Positions 14,675-20,000 of a stretch of 20,000 bases of DNA are shown here, one piece after another (position 1 is the first letter of the stretch; each line of letters opens with the position of its first letter). The stretch comes from an uncultured virus (IMG/VR IMGVR_UViG_3300042914_001978) (Duplodnaviria; Heunggongvirae; Uroviricota; Caudoviricetes): IMG/VR virus record IMGVR_UViG_3300042914_001978. One strand, 5' to 3'. Position numbers and translations under genes: made by a program. The notes under the pieces are model-generated. The model saw only the letters and a list, made by a program, of their open reading frames with translations, searched no databases and was not told where the DNA came from.

Positions 14675-14684
14675 TAATAAGTCC

Positions 14685-14713
14685 TAACTATACGCAGATT
14701 ATAACTTTGTCTA
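14685..14713 (-). promoter_or_regulatory. possible sigma70-type promoter with a very short leader
   Basis: TAGACA, 17 nt, TAGTTA, then 10 nt to ATG 14674, in an AT-rich 46-nt gap. Confidence 0.4.
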
Positions 14714-14720
14714 GTATAAA

Positions 14721-16991
14721 TTATGCTGTTGTAGCCATCGGGGGTCGGCCTGCGGGTCTGGCTGTTTTCTCAAGAATGGAACTGCGGGTTTTAAGATCAT
14801 TAAGAGCCATTTGTTGACGAATGGTCTCCATTTTCTGCTGGTGCGTCTCTTGGTTCATCATCCGCTTTTCCTGCATCTCAGCTAGTTTCAACTGGGCTTT
14901 CTGGAGTTCCATTTCGGATCGTGGATCAATCTGTCCTTGCGGGGCTTCCTGCATGGCTTGCTCTTGTGCTTGGCCTTGTTGAGCCATCATGCGGTTGATG
15001 ACCTGTTGCTCAAGTTCATCGATATAAGCAGTGAGATTTTGGAGTTGGCGTTTAAGTTCGCGGACCTCCTGCGCCCGATAGCTATTATTGGAGAAAAAGA
15101 CAAGATGTTCGGTTACATGGTCAGCAGCAGGACGCAAGATCTGCATCGCCTGCTCATCGGCCATTTGCTGTTGGCGGTGGGCCTCAATGATCTCGGCAAT
15201 CATCGGGATGTGGGCCTCAATGTGAACCGCATGGTTCTGGCTATCGTGAACCATCTGAGGAATGCCCTGACGGAGGTTGCCATTCTCAAGGTTGGCGATA
15301 TCAAAGTCCACCACACGGCGCGGGCCTTTGTCGGAGACGAAGAGATTGACCTTCTGCCAGCCCACGCCAGAAATGCCAGCAATGACGGAACGTAGGGTAT
15401 TTTCTTTCCCTTTCTCGTCCATCAAAGAATAAAGTTCCATGAGTTGCTTGCTCGCCATTTCTGTCATTACGGGGCTTCCGTCACCCATGGCGCGGAATGC
15501 CGTAACCTTGAGGAACTGGCGCATGCGCTCAATAGAAACTCCTCTACGCGCACAACGCCTACGGAACTCAAGGGCAAGTTGACCACCCTTATCATTAGCA
15601 GTAAGGAGAGGATTAACAGCCCTGCGGTATTGTTCGGTTAGAAGCTTGTTGTAAGGAGTGTAGAAAAGTTCCAGTGCTGCGGCGTTGAGCGTGGATTCTT
15701 GGCGGGCTTGCTGGACAACTTCAGTAGCAGAACGTGCCTGTCCGTCTGGAGTGGCCTGACGGGAACGATAGCTGCCCGTATTGTTTTGTAAAACTTGGCT
15801 CATCAGGTTGTAGACAGGAAGACCCTGAGTGGCAATCGACGGCGGTTGAAGTTGGATCGGGGTCAGCCCACTAGGGATGAACGTGTAAGGCCCGACCTCA
15901 ATATATTGAAAGTCTTGGATGGCTTCGGCGTCACCCTGCAACTGGATCAAGCCAGAGGTAATAGCGGCTTGGGCCGACTGACAGAGAACCCTGTTGGAAA
16001 TCTGGATCTGGTTGTAGATCTTCTGCTTGAGTCCGCGAATCGTATGGAAGGTTCCTTGTCCGACTCCATAGGTGAAGATGACGAAGCACTGGTTCACGTT
16101 GCCATAGCGGGAATACCGCTCGTAGAGGAAGTCCGAAGAGTCGCGGGAGCCGATAAGTTGGGTGAACTTGCCATCGAATTCGCGGTTGTAGCCATAGATT
16201 AACTGGGCGCGGTGATAGGCCGATTCTCCTGCATAGAGGTCATTCTCTTTAATCTCGCGCTCAAAGTCTTCCCAATGAGCGGTGTAATTTTTCCATTGAT
16301 CGCGCTTAGTCGAAGCTTTCCAGATGGCTTGCTTGACTGAGTTGATGTTCCAGCCCAGTTCTTTCGCGGCTTTGGGATTGCGGATATAGCGGTAAAGCTC
16401 GCTTACACTCATGGAGCGTTGGACGATAGCTACTTCAATAGACTCATCTGATACTTTGGTATCACGGGCTACCTTGAAGTCTTTAAGTCCGCAAGGCTCC
16501 CAAAATATGGAGCGTTCGTCGGGCCACATGGCCACCCCGACTCCGTCACCCACAAACTCGCGGGAAAGAAGCTGCATATTATAGGCATGGTCGCTCCACT
16601 CCTTTAGCATCCAATCAAACTCCTCAGAGATAATTTCGGAGTCTTCATTGGAATCCCCATCATAGGAGTTCATAATGACGTTAGCAATGCGCGGCACCCC
16701 GTTCTGAAGTTCGATATACGGGGCCAAGGCCGCTTCCATGATGGCATTGGCCTCTCCAAAGTTGGCATTAACCACATGGGTTAGTCCCTTGCTTTTCAGT
16801 TCTTCGGCATCATAGGGCGCTTCTCCGTTGACAAGGGCTTGCGCTCGCGCCCGAAGATATGCCGCATCCTCATCTTGTTCGATATACTTGTTGGCGATTG
16901 CCACAAGGCTATCAGATGATTTAATGCGTTTTTTCGGGGGGCTACCACTCTCTGGTAGATTTTCCAGTTCTGCGTTTCCTTGAGAAGCCAT
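14721..16991 (-). CDS. portal (head-tail connector) protein
   Basis: 756 aa. FVGDGVGVAMW, RSATEV.Q (cf. the TATEV portal motif) and D..NHAVHIEAH motifs, with a Gln-rich coiled-coil C-terminus. Upstream of scaffold and capsid. Confidence 0.8.
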   Translation of the reverse strand: MASQGNAELENLPESGSPPKKRIKSSDSLVAIANKYIEQDEDAAYLRARAQALVNGEAPYDAEELKSKGLTHVVNANFGEANAIMEAALAPYIELQNGVPRIANVIMNSYDGDSNEDSEIISEEFDWMLKEWSDHAYNMQLLSREFVGDGVGVAMWPDERSIFWEPCGLKDFKVARDTKVSDESIEVAIVQRSMSVSELYRYIRNPKAAKELGWNINSVKQAIWKASTKRDQWKNYTAHWEDFEREIKENDLYAGESAYHRAQLIYGYNREFDGKFTQLIGSRDSSDFLYERYSRYGNVNQCFVIFTYGVGQGTFHTIRGLKQKIYNQIQISNRVLCQSAQAAITSGLIQLQGDAEAIQDFQYIEVGPYTFIPSGLTPIQLQPPSIATQGLPVYNLMSQVLQNNTGSYRSRQATPDGQARSATEVVQQARQESTLNAAALELFYTPYNKLLTEQYRRAVNPLLTANDKGGQLALEFRRRCARRGVSIERMRQFLKVTAFRAMGDGSPVMTEMASKQLMELYSLMDEKGKENTLRSVIAGISGVGWQKVNLFVSDKGPRRVVDFDIANLENGNLRQGIPQMVHDSQNHAVHIEAHIPMIAEIIEAHRQQQMADEQAMQILRPAADHVTEHLVFFSNNSYRAQEVRELKRQLQNLTAYIDELEQQVINRMMAQQGQAQEQAMQEAPQGQIDPRSEMELQKAQLKLAEMQEKRMMNQETHQQKMETIRQQMALNDLKTRSSILEKTARPAGRPPMATTA

Positions 16992-17018
16992 TAAAGTAGA
17001 AAGTGTAAGGTGTTAAGT

Positions 17019-17396
17019 CTATTGTGTCCAGCCAGTAATAATACCATTGGAGATGGATACTGTATTGGTGTTGGTTACGGCGTCTACGAAAGTAATGTTG
17101 GTGGTAATTCCGCCTCCAAGCTGAAGATTTGTTCTAACAGAAGCCACAATATTTGTTAAAAATGAAATGGTATTTGTGAAAGTTAGTGTATTGGTATTTG
17201 TGTAAGTGATTTGACCGTTAGTTGAGTTAAATAGCAGTGGTCGCTGGTTCGTTCCATATAACGTATTTTGGTTTGCTGTTAAAAAATTGGTTGGCCTCTG
17301 CACTACACCGTTAGCGTCTACCATGACAGTGCGAAAATTTGTTTGGCCGTAAGCGCAACCTACCAACAAGATTAATAGTGTTATTGCTGTTTTCAT
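17019..17396 (-). CDS. Thr/Asn-rich exported protein (signal peptide, possible lipoprotein)
   Basis: MKTAITLLILLVGC is a lipobox-like LVG|C, with an alternative SPase I site at AYG|Q. Many TN dipeptides. Ends VSISNGIITGW. ATGA overlap with the tailspike. Confidence 0.6.
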   Translation of the reverse strand: MKTAITLLILLVGCAYGQTNFRTVMVDANGVVQRPTNFLTANQNTLYGTNQRPLLFNSTNGQITYTNTNTLTFTNTISFLTNIVASVRTNLQLGGGITTNITFVDAVTNTNTVSISNGIITGWTQ

Positions 17397-19666
17397 GCCG
17401 TTATTTGAAGTTCTCCATCATTCGTTACTGACAATGTATATCTCGTATTATTTGGGGAGATTAAAAATAATTCTGATCCCTTTGTTTGATAAAATATATT
17501 AGTTGGTGCCGTCACAAACGATCCTCGCATTTGGCCCAAAATTACTGGAGATAGTCCAGAAATTCCGTAATTATAGCCATAGAAATAATTATTATTAACA
17601 TATGTTTGCCACTGAGAACTTGCATCTCCGCCACTATTAATCGTCGTAATAGCAGATGTTTGTTGACCAGCTTCTGCTGACTTTATGGCATAAAAAATAT
17701 TGTTTGAAACTGTAACACCCTGTCTGCCAATAGTCAAAGAAGATCCAGTTGTGGCATCGTCTGTAAAAAATATGTTGTTGTCTATAATAGAATTAGGCAT
17801 AGACATTTGATTATTGGGGTCAAATAAAACAGCGCCAACAAGTTTTGACTTGGTGTTATTAATTACATTTCCATTAATAATTGAAAATCCAGACCTACAC
17901 AATGATCCCGTGGGATTTAATCGAATAGATGAACCGCAATCAAAATAACAATTACTAATTGTGCATGGGGTGCCAGCCATAATTGCTGGACCCATTCTCC
18001 AATCATAAAATTCAGCCACAGCAGTTGCTCCAATGCCGTTTCCACCTTCAATAGTTACACTTGGCTGAGTTGTGTAAAAATGGGCACCAGCGTTTAATGA
18101 TATAGATTGCACACTGCCACCAGAAATATTTGCAGTTCCTATTGCAGAACCACCACCAGAAATTGTTACTGTAGGCGAAGATGTGTATCCGCTCCCACCA
18201 TTTGTAACGCGAATTCTGAACAATCTGCTTGATCCGTTTTCCCTTGTAATAACAGGATCGGATACAAAAGTGCAATTTGTTACAGAGCCAGTAGCTTCTC
18301 TTCCAATTTCAAACAAAGTAAGCTCGGCATATGGAATTGTTGTTCCAGCAGTGACTCCTTCTTGTAGTTCTGTTCTTGCTGAATCCAGCGGAAAAATTAA
18401 AGAATCTGGCATTCGCGTAAGAGTCACCTGTGATTGATTGGATACAATCGGTGAAGGTGCCGCATCAACACGATACACTCCAGCAGTCCACGTTCTCCAA
18501 AGATTTTGTGAAGCAAAAAGATTGTTTGCATTGTTGGTCCATATCATTGTGTATAATTTACCAACAATAAGCTCTTCATTACTGTTAAACATAGAACCAA
18601 CAGTAACTGTTACTTGAGACCCAACAGCGGGCTGTACAAAAGATTGAAGAGGGGCAACCCTTGCAAATGGACCGTGTAGAAAGACCGCCTCAACCCACAT
18701 ATTTCTAAAATGGCTATTAGATATTTGCGTATGATATGGATTCATGTATAGCCAGCCATCAACAGGAAAAGTAACGTCATTTCCAATTTTTCCGTTTACG
18801 GCACCATCAGCATAAACACCGTCCGCATTAAGCGTTTCTACCCAACTGCTCAAATTAAGCATTTGCCCACCACCAGAAGTTCTGTTTGCTCCAGACCCTT
18901 TTGGATGCAAGTGTTTACAATTCAGCCATTCAACCAGTCTTAGTTTTCTATAAGTCTTACTTGTTGAGTATCCTTGATTTTCTATAACAGCGGCCATTCC
19001 GTTGACAAAAGTAACATTTTTGCATGTTAAATGATCAATAGGATTTGTTGACACTGGTCGCATGGCAATAAATGAATCACCAGCCCAGTATGCATTTCCA
19101 TTTTCTCCGCGAGTTTGTGGCCCTCGTTCAAATGTGAAATTGTGAAATTCAATAGAAAATAGTTCAGACGTTATGCCAAAAAAATAAGAAAGCGTGTTGT
19201 CTGCAACCTGATCGGTGTAAAGCTTTGCATTGTTTCCACTAAAAATAATTCTCGTTGACGAAGTTCCTCCCACAATTTCCATATGTACGCGATTTGCGTT
19301 TAACGGAGAAATAGATCCCAATGTTGGTGTCTTGAAATTAATTAATTTGTATGTTTTTGGTTCAAATTCAATAATTGCATTACCAAGACTAATTGCGTGA
19401 TTAATAGCGTCTTGAATGGCTTCGGCATCATCAGTGACTCCATCTCCAACTGCGCCGAAATCTGCCACTCTAACCACTTCTGAGAATCGGCTAGAAAGCG
19501 TCCTAGCCGTGGCTCCAGCAGACCCCGAATGGGCCAAAACGCTACCAGTTCCCGCTGTAGCTGCTGGTAAAGCTCCGACAATCCTACTATCATCTCCTTC
19601 CGCATAGGTGCCTGCGGTGGTGCCAGCTACTACTGGTAATGGGTAATATGCAGAGAGGGAGGCCAT
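17393..19666 (-). CDS. tailspike / receptor-binding protein with a pectate-lyase-like parallel beta-helix
   Basis: GTTAGTYAEGDDSRI fibre motif, ARTLSSRF..VVRVADFGAVGDGVTDDAEAIQDAIN beta-helix cap, repeated I.N..F/NN.F rungs, and C-terminal LISPNNTRYTLSVTNDGEL. Confidence 0.8.
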   Translation of the reverse strand: MASLSAYYPLPVVAGTTAGTYAEGDDSRIVGALPAATAGTGSVLAHSGSAGATARTLSSRFSEVVRVADFGAVGDGVTDDAEAIQDAINHAISLGNAIIEFEPKTYKLINFKTPTLGSISPLNANRVHMEIVGGTSSTRIIFSGNNAKLYTDQVADNTLSYFFGITSELFSIEFHNFTFERGPQTRGENGNAYWAGDSFIAMRPVSTNPIDHLTCKNVTFVNGMAAVIENQGYSTSKTYRKLRLVEWLNCKHLHPKGSGANRTSGGGQMLNLSSWVETLNADGVYADGAVNGKIGNDVTFPVDGWLYMNPYHTQISNSHFRNMWVEAVFLHGPFARVAPLQSFVQPAVGSQVTVTVGSMFNSNEELIVGKLYTMIWTNNANNLFASQNLWRTWTAGVYRVDAAPSPIVSNQSQVTLTRMPDSLIFPLDSARTELQEGVTAGTTIPYAELTLFEIGREATGSVTNCTFVSDPVITRENGSSRLFRIRVTNGGSGYTSSPTVTISGGGSAIGTANISGGSVQSISLNAGAHFYTTQPSVTIEGGNGIGATAVAEFYDWRMGPAIMAGTPCTISNCYFDCGSSIRLNPTGSLCRSGFSIINGNVINNTKSKLVGAVLFDPNNQMSMPNSIIDNNIFFTDDATTGSSLTIGRQGVTVSNNIFYAIKSAEAGQQTSAITTINSGGDASSQWQTYVNNNYFYGYNYGISGLSPVILGQMRGSFVTAPTNIFYQTKGSELFLISPNNTRYTLSVTNDGELQITA

Positions 19667-19707
19667 TGACTATTTAGTATATCTGGATTCGGGGTTGGAG
19701 GCGACTA

Positions 19708-20000
19708 TTATGTTTCGGGGTTCGGGGTCTCGCCCTCCGTCAACTGCTTCTCAATAGATACCGCCACAGGCAAAAGCTGGGATGCGGCGTTGAGCCCTCC
19801 TGCTTTGGTTGCGATGTCCAGAGCTTGCATGTCAATGCGGGCCAGATCGGCGTCGAGGAGGGCAGCGACCACTTCTTGCACGACTTCGGCAAAGCTGTGG
19901 GGCGGCTCGGTGAGTGCGGCTTCGATGTTGTCGGGGTCGAGGGCGGCGGTGAAAATAAGCTCGTTGAGCCACTGCTGGAGGGCATCGGCCTTCACGGAGG
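19708..20000 (-). CDS. hypothetical protein, probably 5'-truncated by the window edge
   Basis: The frame is open to the window end (..SVKADALQQWLNEL..PPHSFAEVVQEVVAAL..LDIATKAGGLNAASQLLP..). GC-rich codons. Confidence 0.55.
   Translation of the reverse strand, partial: SVKADALQQWLNELIFTAALDPDNIEAALTEPPHSFAEVVQEVVAALLDADLARIDMQALDIATKAGGLNAASQLLPVAVSIEKQLTEGETPNPET

Noticed and set aside
11648..16202. Long antisense/alternative-frame ORFs over capsid, scaffold and portal (e.g. 11676-12344, 12377-12895, 14937-15395)
   Set aside because: These are shadow ORFs expected from biased codon usage, with no motifs or start signals.
19688..19728. Three copies of ACCCCGAA (minus strand)
   Set aside because: Short and mostly explained by Pro codons (TPNPE). 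There is no array structure.
1..20000. CRISPR array, tRNA/rRNA, DGR (RT or TR/VR pair), integrase/att, alternative genetic code
   Set aside because: No regularly spaced repeats, cloverleafs, RT motifs or adenine-variant duplicates were seen by eye. Genes tile densely under the standard code with TAA, TAG and TGA all used as stops.

Overview
Virion-morphogenesis and lysis region of a tailed dsDNA bacteriophage, probably podovirus-like. A long minus-strand block (20000->5003) encodes, in order: a tail-associated protein (partial), a beta-helix tailspike, a Thr/Asn-rich protein with a signal peptide/lipobox, portal, a small protein, a scaffold-like protein, major capsid protein, an acidic protein, a repeat+lectin-like protein, three holin-like genes, a 58-aa ORF, a CHAP endolysin, several small ORFs, a DUF4406(NDT-like)-DUF6378 fusion, a metallophosphoesterase and an HTH protein. 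It converges head-on with a mostly AT-rich plus-strand cassette (679-5006): an 810-aa beta-repeat protein, two hypotheticals and a GT-A-like glycosyltransferase. A divergent HNH-type endonuclease runs off the left edge. The strongest finding is a 345-aa Ala1, Trp-Cys-Thr-signature (class 3) intein with a LAGLIDADG endonuclease, inserted at the EGN|T motif of the endolysin. Also notable: an atypical lysis cassette without recognisable spanins, a structured capsid 5' leader, and hairpins that sequester start signals after the capsid gene. All family calls come from motif recognition by eye, not database searches.
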